A DNA stretch of 63,866 nucleotides, filler included, from Octopus bimaculoides (lineage: Eukaryota), in assembly GCF_001194135.2 (NCBI RefSeq). It is 4 parts of 3 records of this genome, joined end to end, with 100 filler letters (N's around TTAATTAATTAA, not from the genome) between each part and the next. Parts side by side here need not be neighbours in the genome. Positions count along the whole stretch, not along the records: positions 29,897 to 57,635 come from NC_068983.1; positions 57,736 to 62,629 come from NC_068982.1; positions 62,730 to 63,866 come from NC_068981.1; 1 more part is not named here. One strand, written 5' to 3'. Positions 54,107 through 63,866 of this stretch are shown here, piece after piece. The notes below the pieces were generated by a model. The model saw nothing but the letters and a program-made list of their open reading frames with translations. It made no database searches and had not been told where the DNA came from. Made by a program: the position numbers and the translations under genes. Position 1 is the stretch's first letter; each line of letters starts with the position of its first letter.

Positions 54107-54441
54107 ATCATAAAGCAAATGTTGATGATATTTTGGAAGCAAAACATCAGTTTCACAAATCTCATTAACTTTTGTGCCGCTTACTTTTTATGCAATTCAG
54201 CTATGTGCACACTTTTTCTAAAAATTCTTAGTAATATTTTGGTATTATTAAAATATGTTTATTGTTTTTTTTATTATTTTGTGTATTTTAATGTATTGAT
54301 AAATAAATAGGATGACTGTCTTTTTTGTGTACATTCAGTGTATTCTTTATTATACTGAACTGAACAAAATATTTATCTGGCCCGCACTTGACATTCTTTT
54401 AGCTATGTCTGGCCCACTATGGAAAAAGTTTGGTGACCTCC
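54107..54441 (+). mobile_element. Second copy of the hAT 3' end
   Basis: Collinear with 53013-53352 from aatcataaagcaaatgttgatg to aaagtttggtgacc, with scattered substitutions; starts at a short N gap. Confidence 0.9.
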
Positions 54442-55779
54442 AACTTGGAAAGTATATTCATACTATTCATACTAAACTCTACACAGAACATTTTCATCAC
54501 TATCATCTTTTCATTTATATGACCTTCAACAGTTTCATGTATATAAATGCAATTTTGTGTTTATACTATTGATCTGAACTTTTTGTAAATTAAACTTTTC
54601 ATGGTTTTTCAATAAATACTCATTAAGTTTAGCCCCTAAATCAACTCACGAAGTGATTTCTACTCTGCTGAGAAATTTTTGTTAATGTTTTAATAATACT
54701 GATAAATTTTAAGACAAAACTTAAACCAATGGGTATGATTACATCCATGACACTCAAGTGTAATTTACAAACAGATCATTAAATAAAGGAAATGCTTATA
54801 TATCATTTCCTGCTGTTAGAAATTCCAACTGCAGAAAACAAATGCATATACAGTGCTTTATTGTATTTTTTTTATCCCAACTCATCTCATCCTTTGTAGA
54901 AGCCCAGCTTTCATTGCCCTATACATGAATTTTCTATCTCCGTTATCCTTCATGTTTTCAAATTTATTTCAAAATTGTTAGGTTTTGTTAATGTTCCCAG
55001 GGAAGTCATTTAACTCTTCCATTTGAAGAAAATAACTTCATGTCTAATTCCTACTAAGGAATTTTTCTAATATCTAGTGTTCTGCTTTTCTAAAGCTTTT
55101 GAATAGAAAAGTTAATTCTATGTATATATATATTAATATTTTCAGCTAACCTCACCACTTTTTTTTTTTTTTTTGTATAAAATTGTGAAACTTGAGAAAT
55201 TTGTAAAGTTGTGGTTTACCAATTCTATTTCATTTGCAAGTTCCTACTTTATTGAAACTTTAATAAAACCTGAATGCTGAACTATTTTCTATTTTAATCT
55301 CAATAGAAAACTTCCTGTAATGATTAAAGATCATTTTGTAATATTATTTCTTTCCACATAACACCATAATTTCTCAAATATTTCTGGTTTTGCTAAAAGC
55401 ATTTGAGTTGGACTGATATTATCATTGTTTTCTTTTTAATTGATTTTCTTTTTTTCATGCTTGCATGAGTTTGCTTGGTTAAATTCATTGAAACAAAACT
55501 TTTTGATTTTTGTTATTGTTGTTCATATTTGTCAACAAGCTACAGTAGTTTTATTGTAAGATAACAACAGACAGTTTTGAGTGCCACAGTTTTTTTAATG
55601 ATGTTCTTTATCTTAAAAAAAATTTCTATTTAAAAACGTTTTTTTGTTAGTTCCATTTTGACTTGTGTTTAGATATTTTCATTATTTTATTGGTCTTTAT
55701 AAAGCAGTGAGCTGGTGGAATTGTTAGTATGCCAGACAAAATGCTGCTGAGGTTGACTTTACCTTCTATTGTCATCATC

Positions 55780-56045
55780 CTCCTCCTCCTTTGACATCCA
55801 GTTTCCATGCTGGCATGGAGTGGATGGTTTGACCAGAGCTAGAAAGCTGGGAAGCTGCACCAGGATCCAGTTTGATGTTGATTGGTTTCTATGGCTGGAT
55901 GCCTTTGCTAATTCCAACCACTTTACAGTATGTTCTGAGTGCTTTTAATGTGCCACCAGCACAAGCACTTCTACCTGGCATTGGCACAAGTACTTTTTAC
56001 GTGGCACCAGCACATGTGGCACTGACACAAGACATGGCAATCAAC
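55780..56045 (-). mobile_element. Family B (RTE-like) repeat, degenerate
   Basis: gtttccatgctggcatggagtggatggtttgac..ggctggatgcctttgctaattccaacca. Confidence 0.65.
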
Positions 56046-57064
56046 TCCCCACTTCCCTCAAACACACACACACACACACATACACACACATATAATGAGA
56101 AAATTTTGTGTGTGCATGAGTGTCTGTGGGTGTGATTGTTGTTCCTTGTCTTGACATCAGTCAAAATTAGAAATAAATATTTTGTGGGTCTTTACATCTA
56201 AATATAAATAGGTGCCATTAAAGGAGTATATTTTGAGTATATTTTGAGTAGCCCTTATAAGGGCTCCATATAAGGAAAAATATTTCAGACATTTGTCCTG
56301 TTATGGTTAAATTCTTTGCTTGAGGCAAACCAATAGAAGAAATATTTCAACTAGTGAATACCTTAAATGCCAGAAGAAGCACCAGGATACTATGACCGTC
56401 TGGTAATTCAGCAGTGAATAAAAGTTGATAGGGATAAAAATAAACTTTATGGATTTAGTCACAATCTCTTGAGTGCAATGCATTTGTCTGAAATATATGA
56501 TGTATAAACTTTTTCATGAAAAGAAACAATAAATATGTGAAAATAAAATAATGAGTAATTTGTGAATATAGGCTACAAAAACAGAAATATTTCTTAGCTT
56601 TTTTTCTTTGTTATTTGCTTACTTGAGTAGGCCTGGGAGAAATTTGAAGCAAATAGAAAGGAAGTCTTTGATCTAGGTAATTAGAGAAGAAATTGGTTCC
56701 AAGATTTGGTAGGAATCTAGTATTTAGTGACAATTCAAAAAAAAAAAATTATATCTTACGGACACACATTTTCATTTATCCTTTTGCTTTTATGTCTGTT
56801 AATTTTTTCATGGTAGCGTGTGTTAGATGAATATATCACTGGGTACTGTTTTACAGTCAGATGCCCTTTCTATTACTCCTATTTCTTCTTCAAGTAAGGG
56901 ATTTCTTATTCTACATACCTTCAGGTCCAAAGCTAGTAGATGATTTGTTGATTGAGGAAATGACAACAATGTCAAAATTTGCAACTCAGCAATTTTCAAA
57001 GAAGCACACACACACACTCACACATACACTGACTCTCTCTCTCTCACACATACACACACATACA

Positions 57065-57420
57065 CGTGTGCATGGCTGTGTGGTTAAGAAGTTTGCTTCC
57101 CCAACCACATGGTTTTGTGTTCAATCCTATTGTATGGGACTTTGGGCAAGTGTCTTCTTTTAAAGCGCTGGGCCAACCAAAACATTGTGAGTAGATTTGG
57201 TTGACATAAAATAAAAGAAGCCTTTTGTGTGTGCATGAGAGTCTGTGGGTGTGATTGTTGTTCCTTGTCTTGACATCAGTCAGTAGCTGTAACACACGGT
57301 TCTGGGTTCAGTCCTTCTGTGTGGCACTTTATGCAAGTGTCTTCTGCTGTAACCTCAGGCTGACCAAAGCTTTGTGAGTGGATTTGGTAGATAGAAACTG
57401 AAAGAAGTCTGTTGTGTGTG
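57065..57420 (+). mobile_element. Two tandem SINE family A head fragments
   Basis: catggctgtgtggttaagaagtttgcttcccc.. and ggttctgggttcagtcc..gtggatttggtagatagaaactgaaagaagtc. Confidence 0.75.
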
Positions 57421-57442
57421 TGTGTGTGTATATATATATATC

Positions 57443-57635
57443 ATCATCATCATCATCGTTTAACGTCCGCTTTCCATGCTAGCATGGGTTGGACAATTTG
57501 ACTGAGGACTGGTGAAACCGGATGGCAACACCAGGCTCCAATCTAATTTGGCAGAGTTTCTACAGCTGGATGCCCTTCCTAACGCCAACCACTAAGAGAG
57601 TGTAGTGGGTGCTTTTACGTGTCACCCGCACGAAA
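57443..57635 (-). mobile_element. Family B (RTE-like) repeat, well preserved, runs into join
   Basis: (cat)n-cgtttaacgtccgctttccatgctagcatgggttgg..ggatgcccttcctaacgccaacc. The RTE link is recalled from similar motifs and is not verified. Confidence 0.7.
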
Positions 57636-57735
57636 NNNNNNNNNNNNNNNNNNNNNNNNNNNNNNNNNNNNNNNNNNNNTTAATTAATTAANNNNNNNNN
57701 NNNNNNNNNNNNNNNNNNNNNNNNNNNNNNNNNNN
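57636..57735. other. Artificial join N44-TTAATTAATTAA-N44
   Basis: Same layout as 29797-29896. Confidence 0.95.
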
Positions 57736-57771
<36 letters not shown>

Positions 57772-58383
57772 GTATGTATGCATATACAAATTTTATACAA
57801 AAGAGGTACCAGTTCGAGCTACCGAACTCAAGTCAGAAACAAGAGAGCTGCGGCATGGCCCCTAATCTTTCCATGTCACTTAACTTTAACGATGAGAAAA
57901 ATTTGTGAAATCGATGAAGCCTATAAAAATAAATCATTTAAAAACTCTCGGTGCATTTAAAACTAATTTTCTCAATATAGGTGCATGTACGGGCTGCAGA
58001 TGATTTTAGGGAATTTGTTTTTTGCCGCTATTAGAATTTGACACTCTCTGTTGACTGTTGCTACCTCAAGAGTAACATCTGGTTCTCCTTCCTTTTATCT
58101 ACGCTATTACTGGGCAATTACTTTCCCAGTAAATGTGGTGTATCAAAGTAGAGTATATTCTCACAATTATTCTCTTTCTTAGTTATCATTACTGGCTATT
58201 CTTCTATTTTTCATTGTTTTCAATGTTTGAGTTAAATGTTTTCTTATAGAATTGAATCGATTTCATGAGAGTTTCACTATCTTCCTTCAACAGCATAGGG
58301 AAATACTTTATATTTCTTTCTAGTATCATGCTAGCACATACCACCTTATTTATTTGTCTCTCAAACATAGAAATATAGGAAAA

Positions 58384-58534
58384 AAGTACACCATTTACAC
58401 TGGACGGATATGTGTCTTCATGTTGTTTGTTGTTAACAACGTTTCGGTTGATTCACTCTCCAGCTCTTATCAGGTGTCCTGGGGGAACTTTGAACCCAAC
58501 CCTGAGTTCTCATTCCGAAGGTATATTTTGATGA

Positions 58535-58571
<37 letters not shown>

Positions 58572-58651
58572 TATTCAAGTTACTCTCTGGAATTGAACTC
58601 GGGATCTTGGGGTTAGTAGCCCGCGCTCTAAACCACTACGCTATATGCCTG
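58384..58651 (-). mobile_element. Composite element copy 1: tRNA-like head, (AAT)n, hammerhead-bearing tail
   Basis: Head 58576-58651 (minus strand: ggcatatagcgtagtggtttagagcgcgggctactaaccccaagatcccgagttcaattcc), (ATT)n 58537-58575, tail collinear with 60485-60640. Confidence 0.85.
58433..58478 (-). ncRNA. Degenerate minimal hammerhead motif A
   Basis: GACAC-CUGAUAA-GAGCUG..CAACC-GAAA-CGUU-GUUAA; G8 is changed to A and stems I and II are damaged. Confidence 0.55.
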
Positions 58652-58861
58652 GGCATATAATAATGATAACATCAGCAAAAAATACCTTAGAGATGAAAAC
58701 CCAGTGTTGGGTTAAAGTTGCACCAGGACACCCGATGAAGGCTGTAGAGTAAATCAGCAACGAAACGGTGTAGTGACAACAAACAAGATGAGGACACGTA
58801 TCCGTTCGATGTAAATAATGTAAATAATGCACAGAATTCTTCATCACTAAAATATAGAACT
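58652..58861 (+). mobile_element. Inverted head-less tail abutting the head of copy 1
   Basis: aacatc..aaaaataccttag..ccaggacacccgatgaaggctg..gaaacg..caaacaagatgaggac..gtaaataatgtaaataatg..atatagaactg. Confidence 0.8.
58726..58773 (+). ncRNA. Degenerate minimal hammerhead motif B
   Basis: GACAC-CCGAUGA-AGGCUG..CAGCAAC-GAAA-CGGU; U4 is changed to C and there is a 2-nt insertion. Confidence 0.55.
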
Positions 58862-60126
58862 GGAAAAAGTATTCTTCAAGGAAGTATGTATGTGAGCTGT
58901 TTTGTTTCTTCTCTTTTGTGGTCCACCGCAGTTCAATGATGACTCTCCTTTCAAACGCACTATGTTGAGATCTACATAGACTTTCATATACTTCTTGACT
59001 TCTGCTGGAGATGGGCTGTTAAATATTCTAGTAATATTTGTTAGATATCAGAAATAAAGAGTATTTCTTGGCACTTCCCGTTCTGTTTCTGTTATTGAAA
59101 GCAAGTTGTGTCTCATTAAGGAGAGTCTGTTTTCAGCTTGAACCATGTGCTCTAGACAAGTGAAGGTTTAAGTCATGCGCGTGTAGCGTTTGCATATGAC
59201 ATGGCAGTGTTTATTTCGGTGGTGTTTCATATAGTTGCAACAAACTGCTCTTGTGGTGTTGCTGTTGTTGGCGCTAGTGGTGGTGATGGAGTCGTAATTA
59301 CCGCTAGACGATACATCTTAGTTATGTAGTTGGTGGCGTATTTTTTCCATCGGTATTAAACCAAGATCAGCTGGAGATTAGTGTGTCGACGTTGTTGTTG
59401 CTTCTACTACTGCTGCTGTTGATAATGTTGAAGCTCTGACTTGAAACTGGCAACGCCTGGGGATTCTTGATATTGAAATTGATGAATTGGGAACTGCTGC
59501 TGTTGCAGGTATATTGTCGAAAATTGCGTAGTAAATCTTTCAAACTCAATGTGGCAACGTTATCGCAGCTGTCATCATATTCTCAGTTGGAGTGACAAAG
59601 CCTGGTGATACATGGCTGCAACGCTGTTGAGAGACCTTACAAAATGTACGACCCTATTTGTATACGTTCTTTAACTGAAATGACTCCCCTTTCCCTTTCT
59701 CACAGTTCACGCTATCGTACATTAGTTTATAAGGGACCTTTTACATCTCGATTCTAAGAAAAACGTTGCACTTTGAAAGTAAAAAAAGAAAAAGAAAATT
59801 AATATAGATTATTCATTCGAAAGAGGGAATAGAAAAAAATGGTTGAAAGAAAAGAAATCGCTAAATGATGGTGAATTTGCCGTTCTATAAAACTGATAAT
59901 GAATATCAATGAAAAGATATCTCTATTCGGTAAAATAAAACTACAGTATTCCCAAATTTTACAGGTTGTCTTGAAGTGTGACTTTCGTGTCTCATTCGAA
60001 TAGTAAAACGAATGACTGGCTTGGAGTTTAGAGGATTATGTTAGTAGATGTTATGGATCCAAGTTCTTGACAAGATTATTTTGTCGAGCTTACAAGGGCA
60101 AAAGGCAAAACTGATAGTGAGAGATA

Positions 60127-60266
60127 CAGTTCTATATCTAAGAGATGAGGAATTATGTACATTATTTACATTATTTACATTCAACGGATATTTTCCCTCA
60201 TCTTGTTTGTTGTTATCACAACGTTTCGGCTGATGTACCCTCCAGCCTTCTTTAGGTGCCTTGGGC
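60127..60266 (-). mobile_element. Inverted 5'-truncated tail abutting the head of copy 2
   Basis: Reverse complement of the tail from ccaaggcacc through atatagaactg. Confidence 0.85.
60216..60260 (-). ncRNA. Minimal hammerhead motif C, one core mutation
   Basis: GGCAC-CUAAAGA-AGGCUG-gaggguacau-CAGCC-GAAA-CGUU-GUGAU; G5 is changed to A. Confidence 0.6.
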
Positions 60267-60271
60267 CCACG

Positions 60272-60640
<369 letters not shown>

Positions 60641-61008
60641 ATGACAGTGACAGAGATTGACCCCAAAGAGGCAACTAAAAATGGTAAAGCATTTCAAACG
60701 AGGATTAATCGCTTTCACCCAGACTCTGGTCTACAAATCGTTAAGACAAACAAATACATAAATTTGTCGAGAAGTGTGAGTTACCTATTTGGTATCTTAT
60801 TTCATTGGTTCTAAAAAAATAAATGATATAAACCTTGGCGTCATTTGATCTCAGAATATAAATAGTTGTAACGATATGCTTCTGGTCAAATGATTTACCA
60901 GTTTGTCAGAGTAAATGCATAACAATAATAATTAGGGTGGTGTTGATGATGCTGAATATTATAATAATAATAATAATAATAATAATGATAATAATAATAA
61001 TAATAATA

Positions 61009-62003
61009 TCTGACATGCTAAACAGAAATGGATACAAATGTTACGGCAAAACAATTAGCCATCTCTTATTGTATGGATGGTCTAAAACTATACGCTGTAA
61101 ATGATAAACAGCTGGATTTATAAAAGAAATAAATATGAAATTTGGCTCAGAAAAATGTGCCAAAGCAAGCTTAAAAGAAGAAAATTAGTAAGGAGTAGCA
61201 AACATCACACTAGATAAAGCAAATTAAATAGGAGAATTAGGCCCAAATCAGACATACAAACACTTAGGAGTCAATGAACTAGATACGATACAACACACAA
61301 AGGAAGAAGAAAATAAGTAAAGAATATTATATTAGTTATATTAATACTGAAAACAGAGATAAATGCCAAAAGCAAGTTAATAGGTATCAACACTCAAGCT
61401 GTCCCAGTTATAATTTACAGTTACCATATTCTTAACTGGACTCTAAATGAACTAATCAAAATAGACAAGAAAACAAAACTAAATGACAAGATTTAGGATG
61501 CACCACCCAAATTCTGACATGGAAATGTTATATATACAATGTATGAATGGTGGTGGAGGCCTCATACAGCTAGAATACTATTGCAAAATAATCACCATTA
61601 GATTGCAAAAATTCCTACTTCAGAAGCATATAAAACTAATACAAATAGCCACAAAACACAAGCAAAACAACGAAACTGTTTTCAGTCTTTAAAGAAGCTG
61701 ACAAATACAAAAAGCAAATCATAGTACCTAACAACGATGAAAAAAAAAAAAGAAACATCAAACACTGTAAGTCAACTGAAATCCAAACTAAAACTTGAAC
61801 AGCAACAAAAAATTATAAAGCGATGGCAAGAAAATCCTCTTTATGTTAAATACTGAAAATAGCACTACTAGGCACCGCACACATCCCACGTAAAACACTT
61901 TCAATACAGTGAAAATAAGAGCATCCCAACAAACCACAGCGCATGCTCAAGGCACACAGCACTGCGATCGGTTGTGCAGTGAAAGCACGTGATAAAAATA
62001 AGA
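61009..62003 (+). mobile_element. Dong/R4-clade non-LTR retrotransposon, 5'-truncated, internally deleted, degenerate
   Basis: GKTISHLL..MDGLKLYA..MKFG.EKCAKA..YKHLGV..KTE.NAK..INT.AVPV..MHHPNSDME.LYI..GGGGLIQLE..WQENP, then directly ALLGTAHI.RKTLSIQ* and a short 3' UTR ending gataaaaataa; follows (AAT)n at 60961-61007. Confidence 0.85.
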
Positions 62004-62265
62004 CTACTAAGTCCGGGCAAGTTTGTTTATGGAAGACCAGCAGTCGCCCATGCATACCCCTCTCCACGCCACCAAGGGAAAAGCAAAGGCTGATACAGCT
62101 TGGCACCTGTGACGTCGCAACACATTTCTGCAACTGAGTGAACTGGAGCAACATGAAATAAAGTGACTTGCTCAAGAATGCAACACACAGCCCGGTCCGG
62201 GAATAGAACTCACAACCTTACGATCGTAAGTTCGAGGCTCTAACCACAGAGCAATGCGTCTTCAC
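62004..62265 (-). mobile_element. tRNA-derived SINE (family C-like head, different tail)
   Basis: Minus strand: gtgaagacgcattgctctgtggttagagcctcgaacttacgatcgtaaggttgtgagttctattcc..cttgagcaagtcactttatttcatgttgctccagttcactcag. Confidence 0.8.
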
Positions 62266-62318
<53 letters not shown>

Positions 62319-62321
<3 letters not shown>

Positions 62322-62629
62322 GCTAAAAATGACAAAGACCTGGAAACACTACTACAGACAGTACATGGCTTTACCAAGGAAATATATATGAAATTCGGAT
62401 TAGAAAAATGTGCCAAAGCAACCCTGAAAAGAGGAAAATTAGTTAAAAGTAGCAACACCACACTAGATAAAGCCAATGAAATAAGAGAACTAGACGAAAG
62501 CCAACCATACAAATATTTAGGAGTCAATGAACTAGATAGGATACAACACACACATATGAAAGAAAAAATAAAGAAAGAGTACTATAGACGAGTTAGATCA
62601 ATACTAAAAACAGAGCTCAATGCTAAAAA
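62319..62629 (+). mobile_element. Second Dong/R4-clade fragment, open frame up to the gap
   Basis: YAKNDKDLETLLQTVHGFTKEIYMKFGLEKCAKATLKRGKLV..YKYLGV..IKKEYYRRVRSILKTELNAK; starts directly after (AAT)n at 62266-62320. Confidence 0.9.
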
Positions 62630-62729
62630 NNNNNNNNNNNNNNNNNNNNNNNNNNNNNNNNNNNNNNNNNNNNTTAATTAATTAANNNNNNNNNNNNNNN
62701 NNNNNNNNNNNNNNNNNNNNNNNNNNNNN
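62630..62729. other. Artificial join N44-TTAATTAATTAA-N44
   Basis: Same layout as the other two joins. Confidence 0.95.
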
Positions 62730-62771
<42 letters not shown>

Positions 62772-63009
62772 TACATGTGTGTGTGTATGGGTGTATAATT
62801 ATATATTCATATATAACGAGCTTTCAGATTTCGTGTATCATACATCTATGTTGTATGATCATTGTTACACGTACATACTGATAAGCGTACACACACACAT
62901 GCATACATATGTAGATATGTATAAATACACACGCACACACGCACACACACACACACACACACGCATATATATATATCTATATATATACAACGGTATGTGT
63001 GTATATATC

Positions 63010-63390
63010 TTCCACCCTATACTTTGTTCAGTCGTTCGACGGCAGCCATGCTCCGAGATCAAATAATTTAGTAGACTCAATCGATTCCCGTGCTCATTTT
63101 TTTAAAGCATGATAATTATTCTGTCGATCACTTATGTCAACCGCGATTTGTGGGACAAAAATACACAAACACCGGCTGGCTAGTAGTGGTGGATAACAGA
63201 TCCAGTTACAAACACTCCCACACATATCAATATATGTATTTATACAACGGACCTCTTACAGCTTCCGTCTATCAAATCTACTCATAAGGCTTTATTCGGC
63301 CCAAAGATATAGTAGAAGACATTTGCTCAATGTGCGCCGCATTAGGACTGAACTTGGAACCGTGTAGTTGGGAAGTAAACTTCTTCCCAC
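63010..63390 (-). mobile_element. SINE family A relative, degenerate
   Basis: gcagccatgctcc..tatcaaatctactcataaggctttattcggcccaaagatatagtagaagacatttgctc..ggactgaacttggaacc. Confidence 0.7.
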
Positions 63391-63822
63391 ACTCCTTCGG
63401 GTTTGTTTGTGTGTGCATGTATAATATAATTGATTATATGTAACTTCTAAAAGTCACAAAGAAGTACATGCTTTATAAAATGGTCATGCGAACGAGCTCT
63501 GAACCCTGGTGGGAATTTTCAACTTCGTACAGGCTGAGATTAATATTAAGACATACGTATATGTCGTCCGCACATATGCCACCGTCGCTTAATAATTCAG
63601 TACAAAATAAATTATATATCTCCTACGAAATGTATCTTGAATGGGTGCAAATGTCAGTGTGACCACTAACATGCACTGCTCATCTTAGGTTCACAACGCA
63701 AAAGTGTGTGTAAATGTGTGCAGTGAACACTGTGAGGCTGGTTTACTTTTTTTTTTATTAATGGAGAGATTAAGAAGTATTTCACCTGGATTATCAATCC
63801 CCCCTTAATCCTTCTTTCTTTT

Positions 63823-63866
<44 letters not shown>

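Noticed and set aside
56104-57282. Near-identical ~60-bp segments at 56104-56163 and 57224-57282
   Set aside because: Both sit in SINE fragments after (CA)/(TG) tracts; best explained as part of a repeat subfamily, not a specific duplication.
59230-59640. Gln/Ser/Thr-rich minus-strand stretch ending near an AATAAA
   Set aside because: All three frames are interrupted by stops; consistent with degenerate trinucleotide repeats.

Overview
This is AT-rich, microsatellite-dense, heavily gapped eukaryotic DNA. Its repeat content (tRNA-headed SINEs with internal (TA)n/(TG)n, RTE-like short repeats, Dong/R4 and CR1-type LINEs) looks like an octopus genome, which is an inference from memory of those repeats, not a database match. 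I cannot identify any host protein-coding gene with confidence, and most ORFs in the supplied track are microsatellite or N-gap artefacts. The supportable content is mobile DNA: a Helitron helicase relic (15.7-16.7 kb), two Tc1/mariner relics, a near full-length hAT element plus a second 3' end, a CR1-type RT fragment, two Dong/R4-type RT fragments sitting behind (AAT)n runs, several MITEs and about 20 SINE copies. The most interesting signal is at 58.4-60.6 kb. There, two copies of a composite element (tRNA-like Pol III head, (AAT)n, then a tail carrying a minimal hammerhead-ribozyme motif) are each preceded by an inverted, head-less copy of the tail, which is the architecture typical of Penelope-like elements. 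One of the four hammerheads (60533-60577) has an intact core. Second is a convergent pair of diverged gag/ORF1-like relics with heptad repeats that both end on TG|GTAAGT. The window also has a CpG-poor domain (about 29.9-57.6 kb) whose edges coincide with artificial N44-TTAATTAATTAA-N44 joins, and several fold-back palindromes. All alignments and folds were done by eye.
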